Assembly: GCA_031265235.1 (NCBI GenBank)
Contig: JAISCX010000002.1
Location: forward strand, 22,939-86,938
Direction of reading: 5' to 3'
Source of the DNA: Rickettsiales bacterium
Lineage (GTDB): Bacteria > Pseudomonadota > Alphaproteobacteria > Rs-D84
Length of the DNA: 64,000 nt
Below the pieces are notes generated by a model. It ran no database searches, was not told the DNA's origin, and saw only the letters and a program-made list of their open reading frames with translations. The position numbers and the translations under genes are program-made. Below, piece by piece: positions 1 through 10,581 of this stretch. Each line of letters opens with the position of its first letter. Positions within the stretch are counted from its first letter, which is position 1.

Positions 1-52
1 CGCGCATCTTGTATCACGTATCGCGATTATACTTCAACCAAAAGCAAAGCAA

Positions 53-268
53 TTGAAAAGACAAAACAAAATTTCTTTCTTAAAATATCTTATAATTGGA
101 ATCCCGGTGTTTGCGGCGCTGGGGCTCGTCGCGTTCGCATTGCGCGAATTCGGCATAGATGGCCATGTTTCAGCGGCAGAATTTATCTGTTTTGCTGTGG
201 CGGCGGTTATGACCGATTGGCTGACGAAAAGGATATATTCAAAGAAAGAGATAAGTAAAAAAGCATAG
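53..268 (+). CDS. hypothetical small membrane protein
   Basis: 71-aa ORF with a hydrophobic segment; no recognisable family; it sits upstream of rpoB where rplL would normally be. Confidence 0.25.
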   Translation: MKRQNKISFLKYLIIGIPVFAALGLVAFALREFGIDGHVSAAEFICFAVAAVMTDWLTKRIYSKKEISKKA

Positions 269-380
269 CTGCCCGGATTTTGATTGTTGATTTCGTGGAA
301 TCAATTGTCAAACGGGTAAAATTCTTTACAAAGTTTTTTTAAAACTTTGTCGTTTGTAAAAAATTAAAAAGGATGCGAAT

Positions 381-3300
381 ATGGCCGTTATACAGAAATT
401 TAGAAAATCTTTCGGAAAAAGCTTTTTGCAAACGCCGCTGCCGGACCTGGTGGAAATTCAGTATGATTCATACCGCGATTTTCTGCAGGCGGATGTAGAG
501 CCTTCGGCGCGCAAGAACACCGGGTTGCAAAACGTATTCAAGTCCATGTTCCCGATCAAGGGGTATGCCGGGACCGCCGATCTGGAATTCGTGGAATATT
601 CTTTGGACGAACCGCAATACAATGTGCGCGAATGCATGCTGCGCAATATGACGTATGGCGCGCGTCTGAAACTAAAGCTGCGTCTGATTATCTGGGATAT
701 CGCGGACGACGGGGAAAAATCCATCCGCGACATCAAGGACCAGGAAATATTTATGGGCGACATTCCGCTGATGACGGAACGCGGAACATTCGTGGCCAGC
801 GGCGTTGAACGCGTTGTGGTAAGCCAGATGCACCGTGCGCAGGGCGTTGTGTTCGGAACGACGAAAGAATCCAAAATTGCGGGGAATCCCACGACATACA
901 CCGCGCGTATTATCCCCGAACGCGGCAGCTGGATTGATTTTGAAGAATCCAAAGGAATCGTGTATGTTCGTATTGATCGCCGCCGCAAAGTGCCGGCAAC
1001 CGTGCTTATGCGCTGTCTGCCGACGGCGGCAGATGAAAAGAAATGGGCGGCCGACCCCCGGCGCGCGACCATTTCCGGCATGACGGATTCCGAGATTTTG
1101 TCCGCGTTTTACAAAAGAATTCCTCTTTCTTTTGACGGCAAATTCTGGATCGGAGATATTTCATCTTATAAGGATTTGGGAACTTATCGTCTGAATTATG
1201 ACCTGTTGGATCCCAAGACAAAAAAAACATTGGCGGCCAAGGGCGACCGACTGAATGCGAAAAAGGTCGAAAAAATCGCAGGCATTTCAAAGCAGTTTGC
1301 AATCGCATCGGAACAGTTGGCTGCCGAATACATATTTGACGCGATCGTTGAAGGCGATCAGGTTATATTCCCTGCCGGCACTGAAATCACCGAAGAAGTT
1401 TTGGGTGACATTGAAAAGCTTGGCATTAAATCTCTATCCATCATATCCATCGATAATATGTCGTCCGGCGCGCATATGCGGAATACATTGGTTGCTGATA
1501 AAACCGCAACCCGTGATGAAGCGATGATTGAAATCTATAATGTCATCCGCCCGGGCGAAAGGCCCACTGTGGAAGCCGCGGCAAACCTGTTCGCGCACCA
1601 AGGATTCGATCCGGCGTATTATGACTTGTCCGCGGTCGGCCGCTTTAAGATGAACAAGCGTCTGAAAATCGATTCCGGAAAACGGCCAGAGGATGAACGT
1701 CTGCTTACCAAATCGGACATTGTCGCCGTCTTAAAGACATTGGCCGATATCATCGACCACAAGGATGCGATTGATGATATAGACAATCTTTCCAACCGCC
1801 GTGTCCGCGCGGTCGGCGAGTTGTTGGAACAACAGTTCAGAATCGGAATGTCGCGCATTGAACGACTGGTTCGCGAAAATCTGTCCAGTCCGAATATCGT
1901 AAACTTGCGCCCCCAGGACATAATCAATGCAAAGCCCTTGATGTCTTTGATTGCGGAATTCTTTGGAACCAGCCCGTTGTCGCAATTTATGGATGCGTAT
2001 AATCCGCTGGCCGAATTGGAACACAAACGCTTGGTTTCGGCGCTGGGTCCGGGGGGGCTTAACCGTGATCGCGCAGGAATAGACGTCCGTGACGTGCATC
2101 CGACCCACTATGGCCGCTTGTGCCCGATTCATACGCCCGAAGGGCCGAACATCGGACTAATCACGCACTTGTCCAGCTATGCCCGCGTCAATCCGTACGG
2201 GTTTGTTGAAACGCCTTATTATGTGGTGAAAAACAACAAGATTACCGAAGAGTCGGTTTATCTGACCGCGGACGAAGAAACCGGCCATAAAATCGCCCAG
2301 GGCAATACGCCGACAACCGGCAGCGGCGTATTGGCCGAAGAAATGGTGACGGCGCGCGTGGACGGCGAATTTACAATGGTGCCGCGTGAAGAAATCACCC
2401 TTATTGACGTCGCCCCGCGCCAGGTTGTGTCCATCGCGACCGGGCTGATACCGTTTGTTGAAAACGATGACGCGAACCGCGCGCTGATGGGTTCCAATAT
2501 GCAGCGCCAGGCCGTGCCGTTAATGCGCGCCGACGCGCCTTTGGTCGGAACGGGCATCGAACGCGAAGTCGCGCGCGATTCCCGCAGCGTAAAGGTTGCA
2601 AAGCACAGCGGCGTTGTAGAGTCGGTGGACGCGAACCGCATTGTGGTGAAATGCATGAATTCCCGCAATGTGCTGACGGGCGTTGATGTGTATGATTTGG
2701 AAAAGTTCGCGCGCAGCAATTCCGAAACCTTGATTCACCAAAAGCCGCTGGTAAAGGTTGGCGATAGAATTTCCGCCGGCGACATAATCGCGGACGGATC
2801 CAGCACCGATCATGGCGAAATGGCGCTGGGCAAGAATGTCGTCGTGGCGTTTGTGCCTTGGCGCGGTTATAACTATGAAGACTCTATCGTGATATCCGAA
2901 CGCATCTCGCGCGACGACGTGTTCACGTCCATCAAGATCGTGGAAAAGGAATTCAAGGCGCGCGATACCCAGCTGGGCCCGGAATCGTTTACCCGCGATA
3001 TTCCGAACGTATCCGAAGAATCGTTAAAAAACCTGGATGAATCCGGCATAATATACATCGGCGCGCATGTGAAGCAGGGCGACATATTGGTCGGCCGCGT
3101 ATCGCCGAAATCCGAAACATTGCTGACGCCCGAAGAATCGTTGCTGCGCAATATATTCGGCGAAAAGGCGTTAAGCGTCAAAGATTCGTCGCTTCGCGTG
3201 GGACCAAATGAAGAAGGCGTTGTGATCGGCGTGAACGTGCTGACCCGCCATGGCGTCAAGAAAGACGAACGCACCCAGATGATCGAATTGCAAAAGATTG

Positions 3301-4514
3301 AATTCATCAATAAAAATCGCGAAGAAAAGGTGGCGATTCACGAACGCGGCTTTGCGGACCAGATTCTGCAGCTGGCCGAAAGTCAGACAATCACGAACGG
3401 CACGGGCAGCATAAAGCCGTTCATCGGCAAAAAATTGTCCGAAGAAATCGCGGATGCTATACGCCCAAGCGATATTAAAAAACTGTCTGTAAAGGATGCG
3501 GGTATCCAGGAAAAGATCGACGAACTGCGCGAACAGCATCTGATCGTCTTGAAATCTTTGCATGACAAGGCAGATCACGAGATTGAAAAGGTTCGTGAAA
3601 GTAATTCGCTGAATGCGGGCGTATTGAAAGAAGTAAAGGTTTACATTGCGCATAAGATGAAGCTGCAGCCGGGGGACAAGATGGCCGGTCGACATGGAAA
3701 CAAAGGCATAGTGTCCAAGGTTGTTCCGGTCGAAGATATGCCGTATATGGAAAACGGAACGCCGGTTGACATCGTGCTGAATCCGCTGGGCGTGCCATCG
3801 CGTATGAACATCGGCCAGATATTGGAAACTCATCTTGGTGCGGCTGCGCTGGCGCTGGGCCATCAGATTGGCGAAGTCTTGGAAGAAATCAAGGCAAAGC
3901 GCGCGGTAACGGACGATCTGCGCACGACTTTGGGCAAGATTTATGGCAAAGACACGGCGGTAAACCTTGAAAAAATGACCGATACAGATGTTCGCGCTGC
4001 GGCAAATCTGTTGCGCGGCGGTGTGCCGATGGCGACGCCAACGTTTGACGGCGCGATGCCGGATGACATTAAAAAGATGCTGAAATTGGCCAAGTTGCCC
4101 GAATCAGGACAGGTTCCGTTGTATGACGGCATGTCCGGCGAAAAGTTTGCGCGCGAAGTGACGGTCGGTGTTATGCACATGTTGAAACTGCATCACTTGG
4201 TTGATGAAAAGATCCATGCGCGTTCGGTTGGCTCTTATTCGCTTGTCACGCAGCAGCCGTTGTCCGGCAAGGCGCATATGGGCGGACAGAGACTTGGCGA
4301 AATGGAGGTTTGGGCACTGGAAGCGCACGGTGCGGCGCACTTGTTAAAGGAAATGCTGACCGTAAAATCGGACGACATCACGGGCCGCAACAAGATGTAT
4401 GAAACGGTCATCAGCGGTTCCACCGACATCCAGACCGGAATGCCCGAAGCGTTTAATGTGTTTATGCGCGAATTAAAAGGCCTTGGGCTGTCCATGACAC
4501 CAAAGAAAATATAA
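381..4514 (+). CDS. rpoB: DNA-directed RNA polymerase subunit beta
   Basis: 1377-aa ORF with canonical beta-subunit motifs (GDK..GRHGNKGV, NADFDGD-adjacent regions); large lineage-specific insertion around aa 230-350. Confidence 0.97.
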   Translation: MAVIQKFRKSFGKSFLQTPLPDLVEIQYDSYRDFLQADVEPSARKNTGLQNVFKSMFPIKGYAGTADLEFVEYSLDEPQYNVRECMLRNMTYGARLKLKLRLIIWDIADDGEKSIRDIKDQEIFMGDIPLMTERGTFVASGVERVVVSQMHRAQGVVFGTTKESKIAGNPTTYTARIIPERGSWIDFEESKGIVYVRIDRRRKVPATVLMRCLPTAADEKKWAADPRRATISGMTDSEILSAFYKRIPLSFDGKFWIGDISSYKDLGTYRLNYDLLDPKTKKTLAAKGDRLNAKKVEKIAGISKQFAIASEQLAAEYIFDAIVEGDQVIFPAGTEITEEVLGDIEKLGIKSLSIISIDNMSSGAHMRNTLVADKTATRDEAMIEIYNVIRPGERPTVEAAANLFAHQGFDPAYYDLSAVGRFKMNKRLKIDSGKRPEDERLLTKSDIVAVLKTLADIIDHKDAIDDIDNLSNRRVRAVGELLEQQFRIGMSRIERLVRENLSSPNIVNLRPQDIINAKPLMSLIAEFFGTSPLSQFMDAYNPLAELEHKRLVSALGPGGLNRDRAGIDVRDVHPTHYGRLCPIHTPEGPNIGLITHLSSYARVNPYGFVETPYYVVKNNKITEESVYLTADEETGHKIAQGNTPTTGSGVLAEEMVTARVDGEFTMVPREEITLIDVAPRQVVSIATGLIPFVENDDANRALMGSNMQRQAVPLMRADAPLVGTGIEREVARDSRSVKVAKHSGVVESVDANRIVVKCMNSRNVLTGVDVYDLEKFARSNSETLIHQKPLVKVGDRISAGDIIADGSSTDHGEMALGKNVVVAFVPWRGYNYEDSIVISERISRDDVFTSIKIVEKEFKARDTQLGPESFTRDIPNVSEESLKNLDESGIIYIGAHVKQGDILVGRVSPKSETLLTPEESLLRNIFGEKALSVKDSSLRVGPNEEGVVIGVNVLTRHGVKKDERTQMIELQKIEFINKNREEKVAIHERGFADQILQLAESQTITNGTGSIKPFIGKKLSEEIADAIRPSDIKKLSVKDAGIQEKIDELREQHLIVLKSLHDKADHEIEKVRESNSLNAGVLKEVKVYIAHKMKLQPGDKMAGRHGNKGIVSKVVPVEDMPYMENGTPVDIVLNPLGVPSRMNIGQILETHLGAAALALGHQIGEVLEEIKAKRAVTDDLRTTLGKIYGKDTAVNLEKMTDTDVRAAANLLRGGVPMATPTFDGAMPDDIKKMLKLAKLPESGQVPLYDGMSGEKFAREVTVGVMHMLKLHHLVDEKIHARSVGSYSLVTQQPLSGKAHMGGQRLGEMEVWALEAHGAAHLLKEMLTVKSDDITGRNKMYETVISGSTDIQTGMPEAFNVFMRELKGLGLSMTPKKI

Positions 4515-4609
4515 GTCGTGATTTGTAATCTGTGATTTGTGATTTGAAGTTGGATTTCAGATCACAAATCACAAGTCACAAATCACTTTTGCGACGAAGG
4601 AGCAAACAA

Positions 4610-7600
4610 ATGAATATGCTGCAGAAAATATTTGGACAAATAGAGACAAAAGAAAATTTTGACGCCTTGCAAATAAAAGTCGCGTCGCCGGAAGAAATTA
4701 TGTCCTGGTCTCATGGCGAGGTCAAAAAGCCAGAGACAATCAATTACCATTCTCTAAAGCCGGAATCCGACGGCCTGTTCTGCCAGCAGATATTCGGACC
4801 CGTAAAAGATTACGAATGCGCGTGCGGAAAATACAAGCGCATCAAGGTCCGCGGCGTGGTTTGCGACCGCTGCGGCGTGGAAGTAGGCAGCAGTTCCGTC
4901 CGACGCGAACGCATGGGCCATATCAAATTGGCGACGCCGGTGTCCCACACATGGTTCCTGCGCGAAGGCAAGATTGCCACGCTGTTGAACAACATGCCCC
5001 AGAAAAAGCTGGAACAGGTTATTTATTACGACGCGTATATCGTGACGGAACCGGGCTTGACCAATCTGAAGCTGTATGATGTAATTTCCGAAGACGAATT
5101 CCAAAACGCGCTGGAAGAATTCGGGGCGGATGCATTTCGCGTCGGTATCGGCGCCGAAGGCGTCCGCGATGTGATTTCCAACATGGACATGGGCGACGAA
5201 CGCACGCGTCTTCGTGTTGAATTATCCGAAACAAAATCCGAAACAAAGCGCAAGGGTATAATCAAACATTTGAAACTGGTGGAATCATTCATGGATTCGG
5301 GCACCGAACCCGCGTGGATGCTGCCGGATGTTCTGCCGGTCATTCCGCCGGATATGCGTCCGCTGGTAACACTGGACGCGGGTCACGTCGCTGCGTCGGA
5401 TCTGAACGATTTGTATCGCCGCGTGATTATCCGCAACAATCGCTTGAAGAAACTGGTTGACCTGCACGCGCCGGAAATCATCATCCGCAATGAAAAAAGA
5501 ATGTTGCAGGAAGCGGTGGATGCGTTGTTCGACAACGGGCACAAGGCCAGGCCGTTGGTCAGCCAGAACCGCCGTCCGCTGAAATCGCTGTCTGATTCTT
5601 TGATTGGAAAATCCGGACGTTTCCGTATGAACATGCTGGGCAAGCGCGTGGATTATTCCGGTCGTTCGGTTATCGTGTCCGGCCCCACGTTAAAGCTGCA
5701 CCAGGTCGGATTGCCGAAAACCATGGCGCTGGAATTGTTCAAGCCGTTCGTGTTCGCGCGACTGCTTGCCGGCGATTATGCGAATACTTTAAAGACTGCG
5801 CGCAAGATGGTTGAAAACGGCGAAGAAGTTGTTTGGGATATATTGGGCCGGGTCGTGCACCAGCATCCTGTTTTGCTTAACCGCGCGCCGACGCTGCACC
5901 GCTTGTCGGTCTTGGCGTTTGAACCGGTCCTGATCGAAGGAAAGGCGATCCGTCTGCATCCGTTGGTCTGCCAAGGCTTTAATGCGGACTTTGACGGCGA
6001 CCAGATGTCTGTTCATGTGCCGATCTCGCTGGAAGCGCAACTGGAAGCACGCACATTGATGCTGGCTACGAACAACGTGTTGTCGCCCGCAAGCGGCAAT
6101 CCTATGATCGTGCCGTCCCAAGACATGGTGCTGGGCGTTTATTACATGTCCCTGATTGACGGGGATCACACTGACAAGTCGCAGATATTTGCAAATATGG
6201 ATGAAATAAAACTGGCGCTGCATAATGGCGCGATTACATTGCACACGCCGATTATTGCAAAATACCATGCAGCCGAAGGGACGGAAAAAGTAAAGACAAC
6301 CGCTGGCCGCATGATTTTGGGCGAATTGTTGCCGAAAAAACCGAATATGCCGTTTTCCTTGGTAAATCAGCCGATGGGAAAAAAGCAGATCGAAGCTTTG
6401 TTGACCGTGACATATGAAAACTGCGGCGACAAGGATATGATTCTGCTTGCCGACAATCTGAAAAACACCGGGTTCGAACAGGCGGCAAAGTCCGGAATTT
6501 CCATCGGATTCGACGATATCGTGATTCCCGAAGAAAAAAAGCAAATGATCGAAAATGCCGAATCACAGGCCGAAGAAATTGAATCCCAATATCAGAACGG
6601 TCTGATTTCCCATGGAGAACGGTATAACAAGCTGATCGACATGTGGCAAAAAGTTACGAACAAGCTGGGTGATTTGGCTTTCTCTGGACTCCGCAAGACA
6701 TCGGGCGACAATTGGAATTCCATCATCATGATGGCGGATTCCGGCGCGCGCGGTTCAAAGTCGCAGATTCAACAGTTGGCCGGAATGCGCGGCGTTATGC
6801 AAAAGCCGTCGGGCGAATTGATCGAAGTTCCGATTATATCAAACTTTAAAGAAGGTTTGAGCATGGCGGAATACTTTACTTCCACCCACGGTGCGCGCAA
6901 AGGACTTTCCGACACCGCGTTGAAAACGGCAGAGGCCGGGTATCTTACCCGCCGCCTGGTGTCATTGGCGCATAATACTGTTATAACCGAACATGATTGC
7001 GGAACGCAAGAATACATCACGGCGGTGCCTGTTTACAACGGTTCCGTCCTGGCGGTATCGTTGGGCAATGTGGTCTTGGGCCGCACGGCCGCCAAGGATA
7101 TCGTCAATCCCACGACGGGCAAGGTTATTGTTCCTGTCGGAGAATTGGTTTCCAAGGCCGCCGCAAAGGAAATTGACGCGTCCGGCTTGTCCAGCGCGGA
7201 CATCCGCAGTGTTCTGACATGCCGGTCCGACGGGCTGTGTGCGAAATGCTATGGAATGGATTTGTCCAGATCCGCACTGGTCCATGTCGGCGAAGCGGTC
7301 GGCGTTATCGCGGGACAATCCATTGGGGAACCCGGGACCCAGCTGACGCTGCGTACATTCCACGTCGGCGGAATCGCCGAAGGCGGAACATCGTCGCACT
7401 TTATAGAAGCGCCGCTTGGCGGCACGATAAAGTTTGACGGCGTGTCTGTGATTACGAATTCCGCGGGCCGCCAGGTTGTCATTTCCCGTAATTCGAAAAT
7501 CATAATTACGAACAAGAAAGGCGGCGAATTGTTCAGCCAGAAACTGCCGTATGCGTCATTGCTGATCACCAAGGACGGCGCGTCGGTTGCGAAAGGCGAC

Positions 7601-8734
7601 AAGCTGTGCGAGTCCGATCCGTATTCCAACCTGATCATTGCAGAAAAAGACGGCGTCGTGAAATTTAGTGACATGGTTGAAAACATATCGTATTCCGAAG
7701 AACTGGATACGCTTACCGGCATAGTTTCGCGCAAGATTACAAATTGGAAGAATGTGACCAAGAAGCCGTTGAAACCATCCATATCGTTGCTTGGTGATGA
7801 CGGAAAGATACTGAACCTTGGCGGAAAGCGCGTTGCGGAATACATGCTGCCGATTTACGCGGTTCTGAATGTTGCCGACAAACAGTCTGTTCGTGCAGGC
7901 GACGTTTTGGCGCGCATACCGGTTGAAATGCGCAAAACCCGCGACATTACGGGCGGACTGCCGCGCGTTAACGAACTGCTGGAAGTACGTCATTCAAAAA
8001 CGCCCGCGATACTTGCGGAAACCGACGGCGAAATCGAAATCGAAGATGCGGGCAAGGCGAAAATCGTCGTTCGCATTGTTCCAGAAAACGGTGCGGCGCC
8101 GGTCGAGTACGCAATTCCAAAAGGCGTGAATCTGCTGGTGCGCGCCGGCGACATAGTGAAAAAGGCCGACATGATCGTTGACGGCGATCCGGTGCCGGGC
8201 GATATCCTGCGCATCTTGGGACAGAAAGCATTGGCGCAGTTTATGGTGGAACAGATTCAACAGGTTTATCGTCTGCAAGGCGTTACGATTAACAACAAGC
8301 ATATGGAAATCCTGATACGCGAAATGACGCGCCGCGTGGAAATCACGCATCCGGGCGACACCGTGTTCCTGACCGGGCAGGTTGTTGATCATGTGGATAT
8401 GGATGAAGAAAACGCCCGCGTGGCGCGCGACGGGGGACGTCCGGCCGAAGCGTCCCAGGTTCTGGTCGGGCTTACCCGCGCATCGCTGACCAGCCGTTCG
8501 TTTATTTCGAACGCATCGTTCCAACAGACGACCAAGGTTTTGGTGGATGCGGCGATATCCGGCGCAACGGATAAGCTGGTCGGAATCAATGAAAACCTGA
8601 TGGTGGGACGCCTGATACCTGTCGGAACCGGCGCGTATGTCCGCCGTGTCCGCGAAATTGCGCATGACGAGGAAGAGTCCGAGCGTCTAGCCGCGAAAAA
8701 CGCCGCAGGCGAACAGCAGCTTCTCGGGATATAA
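4610..8734 (+). CDS. rpoC: DNA-directed RNA polymerase subunit beta'
   Basis: NADFDGDQM catalytic motif and zinc-finger CxxC..CxxC present; AGGAG RBS before the ATG at 4610; the ORF-track upstream extension (4532-4609) is encoded by a palindromic repeat and is probably not translated. Confidence 0.95.
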   Translation: MNMLQKIFGQIETKENFDALQIKVASPEEIMSWSHGEVKKPETINYHSLKPESDGLFCQQIFGPVKDYECACGKYKRIKVRGVVCDRCGVEVGSSSVRRERMGHIKLATPVSHTWFLREGKIATLLNNMPQKKLEQVIYYDAYIVTEPGLTNLKLYDVISEDEFQNALEEFGADAFRVGIGAEGVRDVISNMDMGDERTRLRVELSETKSETKRKGIIKHLKLVESFMDSGTEPAWMLPDVLPVIPPDMRPLVTLDAGHVAASDLNDLYRRVIIRNNRLKKLVDLHAPEIIIRNEKRMLQEAVDALFDNGHKARPLVSQNRRPLKSLSDSLIGKSGRFRMNMLGKRVDYSGRSVIVSGPTLKLHQVGLPKTMALELFKPFVFARLLAGDYANTLKTARKMVENGEEVVWDILGRVVHQHPVLLNRAPTLHRLSVLAFEPVLIEGKAIRLHPLVCQGFNADFDGDQMSVHVPISLEAQLEARTLMLATNNVLSPASGNPMIVPSQDMVLGVYYMSLIDGDHTDKSQIFANMDEIKLALHNGAITLHTPIIAKYHAAEGTEKVKTTAGRMILGELLPKKPNMPFSLVNQPMGKKQIEALLTVTYENCGDKDMILLADNLKNTGFEQAAKSGISIGFDDIVIPEEKKQMIENAESQAEEIESQYQNGLISHGERYNKLIDMWQKVTNKLGDLAFSGLRKTSGDNWNSIIMMADSGARGSKSQIQQLAGMRGVMQKPSGELIEVPIISNFKEGLSMAEYFTSTHGARKGLSDTALKTAEAGYLTRRLVSLAHNTVITEHDCGTQEYITAVPVYNGSVLAVSLGNVVLGRTAAKDIVNPTTGKVIVPVGELVSKAAAKEIDASGLSSADIRSVLTCRSDGLCAKCYGMDLSRSALVHVGEAVGVIAGQSIGEPGTQLTLRTFHVGGIAEGGTSSHFIEAPLGGTIKFDGVSVITNSAGRQVVISRNSKIIITNKKGGELFSQKLPYASLLITKDGASVAKGDKLCESDPYSNLIIAEKDGVVKFSDMVENISYSEELDTLTGIVSRKITNWKNVTKKPLKPSISLLGDDGKILNLGGKRVAEYMLPIYAVLNVADKQSVRAGDVLARIPVEMRKTRDITGGLPRVNELLEVRHSKTPAILAETDGEIEIEDAGKAKIVVRIVPENGAAPVEYAIPKGVNLLVRAGDIVKKADMIVDGDPVPGDILRILGQKALAQFMVEQIQQVYRLQGVTINNKHMEILIREMTRRVEITHPGDTVFLTGQVVDHVDMDEENARVARDGGRPAEASQVLVGLTRASLTSRSFISNASFQQTTKVLVDAAISGATDKLVGINENLMVGRLIPVGTGAYVRRVREIAHDEEESERLAAKNAAGEQQLLGI

Positions 8735-8815
8735 AGCCATCCGCAGTAAAAGCCAAACCCGCAAGATTTATGTCTTGCGGGTTATTGTTTTATGTCATGG
8801 TTCCGGAATTTCGGC

Positions 8816-9601
8816 CTAGCGTTGAAATTCTATAATCTTTTTATAAAACTTTTCCGCTTTTCCCAAATCCAAAGTTTTTCCGTCGGCGCTTTTTAATTTT
8901 CCTTCGGCATCAATCCATATTTTGACATCCGGATTTATTTGGGCTGTTCTGATTTTAACCAGCTCGGACTGTATATTGTCCGGCGAAAATCCACCGGCAT
9001 AACCTTGGATAATATTTGGAAATACCGGCGGCGCGTATTTTTCTGCCATTACCGCGTTTCCGAACGACATGTCATAAAGAATGCCGAAATTTAAAATATG
9101 GCTGTCATGCAGTTCGCATATGGCGCTATAAAACGTATTCACGTATTCTTTTGTCTTGTCGCAATATGACAATATCAGTCGTGCGCGCGGTGCGATTTTA
9201 CGCCACAAATCAGAACCATGTGCAAAAATTTCAGCGTTTTCGATAGGAATTTCATAACCATAGTGATTGACTTGCAGGCTCATATTTGGAAAATGCATCA
9301 TTTCGGAAAGCGCATCGTTGACATGCCCGTTCAGCGCTTGATACGGCCATCCGCTTTCGCCGTCTTTCCCGATTCCATTGACATGCAGTGCGATCGTGCC
9401 GTTCCTTCCGGGAAAGCATTTCTTATCAACCTCGTTTTGAAGAGACTTTACATAATCGAATCTGGGCGTTCCGCGACCGCCTTTGCCGGCGGATACCCCG
9501 ATGCCTATTTCCGCCAGCGGATATGCGCGAATAAAATCTATGATGTCTTTTTCCGACAGATGTTCGTTTGCCCCGACCATTGAAATTTTTACAATTTGCA
9601 T
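8816..9601 (-). CDS. TIM-barrel protein, phosphoribosylanthranilate isomerase (TrpF)-like
   Basis: N-terminal KISMVGA and C-terminal YAGGFSPDNI resemble TrpF KICGI / LAGGLNPDNV motifs; no other trp genes nearby. Confidence 0.35.
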   Translation of the reverse strand: MQIVKISMVGANEHLSEKDIIDFIRAYPLAEIGIGVSAGKGGRGTPRFDYVKSLQNEVDKKCFPGRNGTIALHVNGIGKDGESGWPYQALNGHVNDALSEMMHFPNMSLQVNHYGYEIPIENAEIFAHGSDLWRKIAPRARLILSYCDKTKEYVNTFYSAICELHDSHILNFGILYDMSFGNAVMAEKYAPPVFPNIIQGYAGGFSPDNIQSELVKIRTAQINPDVKIWIDAEGKLKSADGKTLDLGKAEKFYKKIIEFQR

Positions 9602-9777
9602 TTTTGTATCCTAAAATCCATCTCTCACGCACACATAATAAAACTATACGATATATAATTGTAAAGTCAATTATTTTAGACCGCGATGGCGGATGCCGTC
9701 CGCCCATGCAAATTTAGTTTGCTTTCTTCATTTCCATTTGATACTTTATTTTAATCAACCAAGAAAGGAGCTTTTCA

Positions 9778-10338
9778 ATGGATTATGCCGACATAAAATC
9801 GGAAGCAGAACAAAAGACAAATGCGACGCTGGATGTGCTGCGGGGCGAATATACGGGCTTGCGCACGGGCCGCGCGTCGGTGCATCTGCTTGACGGAATT
9901 CGCGTGGAAACATATGGCAGCGAAATGCCGATCGATCAGCTGGCCACAATATCCACGCCGGAATCCCAGGTTATTTCCGTATCCGTTTGGGACGCGACGA
10001 ACACGGCAAAGGTCGAAAAGGCGATACGCGACTCTGGCCTTGGCCTGAATCCCATGACAGCAGGCGGAGTCATTCGTCTGAATCTGCCGCCGCTGACCGA
10101 AGAGCGCCGCAAAGAGCTGGTGAAAGTCGCGGGCAAATACGCCGAAGAGGCAAAGATTTCAATGCGCAATATCAGGCAAGATTTAATGGGTAAAATTAAG
10201 CGGGCGGTTGCGGATAAGGAAATCAGCGAAGACGATCAGCGTCGTTACGAAGAAGACCTGCAAAAAGTTTTTGATGCCCGCGCGGCAGAGGTTGACGGAA
10301 TAGCGCGGCAAAAAGAATCGGATATAATGAGTGTGTAA
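9778..10338 (+). CDS. frr: ribosome recycling factor
   Basis: 186 aa, typical RRF sequence; RBS AAGGAG upstream. Confidence 0.9.
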   Translation: MDYADIKSEAEQKTNATLDVLRGEYTGLRTGRASVHLLDGIRVETYGSEMPIDQLATISTPESQVISVSVWDATNTAKVEKAIRDSGLGLNPMTAGGVIRLNLPPLTEERRKELVKVAGKYAEEAKISMRNIRQDLMGKIKRAVADKEISEDDQRRYEEDLQKVFDARAAEVDGIARQKESDIMSV

Positions 10339-10370
10339 AAATCCTGTGCGCGCCGCGTTGCGGCGGATAG

Positions 10371-10446
10371 TGGTGCCGGATGTCGGATTTGAACCAACGA
10401 CCCCCTCATTACGAATGAGATGCTCTACCAACTGAGCTAATCCGGC
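10371..10446 (-). tRNA. tRNA-Thr (anticodon CGT)
   Basis: 76-nt cloverleaf on minus strand: acceptor gccggat/atccggc, T-loop TTCAAAT, anticodon loop TTCGTAA, CCA encoded. Confidence 0.75.
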
Positions 10447-10494
10447 GCACGGGCTTGATTATACTTATGGTATCGCCTGAATTCAAGTTTTTTT

Positions 10495-10523
10495 TATCAA
10501 TTTCTTGCAATATGCGTATAATT
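10495..10523 (+). promoter_or_regulatory. sigma70-like promoter (TTATCA-17-TATAAT) upstream of the thioredoxin-like gene
   Basis: -35/-10 hexamers with 17-bp spacer, about 60 bp before the AAGGAG RBS and ATG at 10582. Confidence 0.4.
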
Positions 10524-10581
10524 TTCGCTTGCATGCATAGTGCATTGTAATTATAATCGCGGATAATAAGGAGAAAATATC

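Noticed and set aside
458-8665. Numerous 60-250-aa ORFs inside and antisense to rpoB and rpoC (for example 3171-3863, 5789-6544, 7994-8665)
   Set aside because: They lie wholly within or opposite two highly conserved, well-supported genes and have no RBS or recognisable domains. They are typical GC-driven antisense artefacts.
9218-9707. ORFs 9218-9583 (+) and 9426-9707 (-) around the TrpF-like gene
   Set aside because: Both overlap the better-supported 8816-9601 minus-strand gene or the frr promoter region, and they show no coding features.
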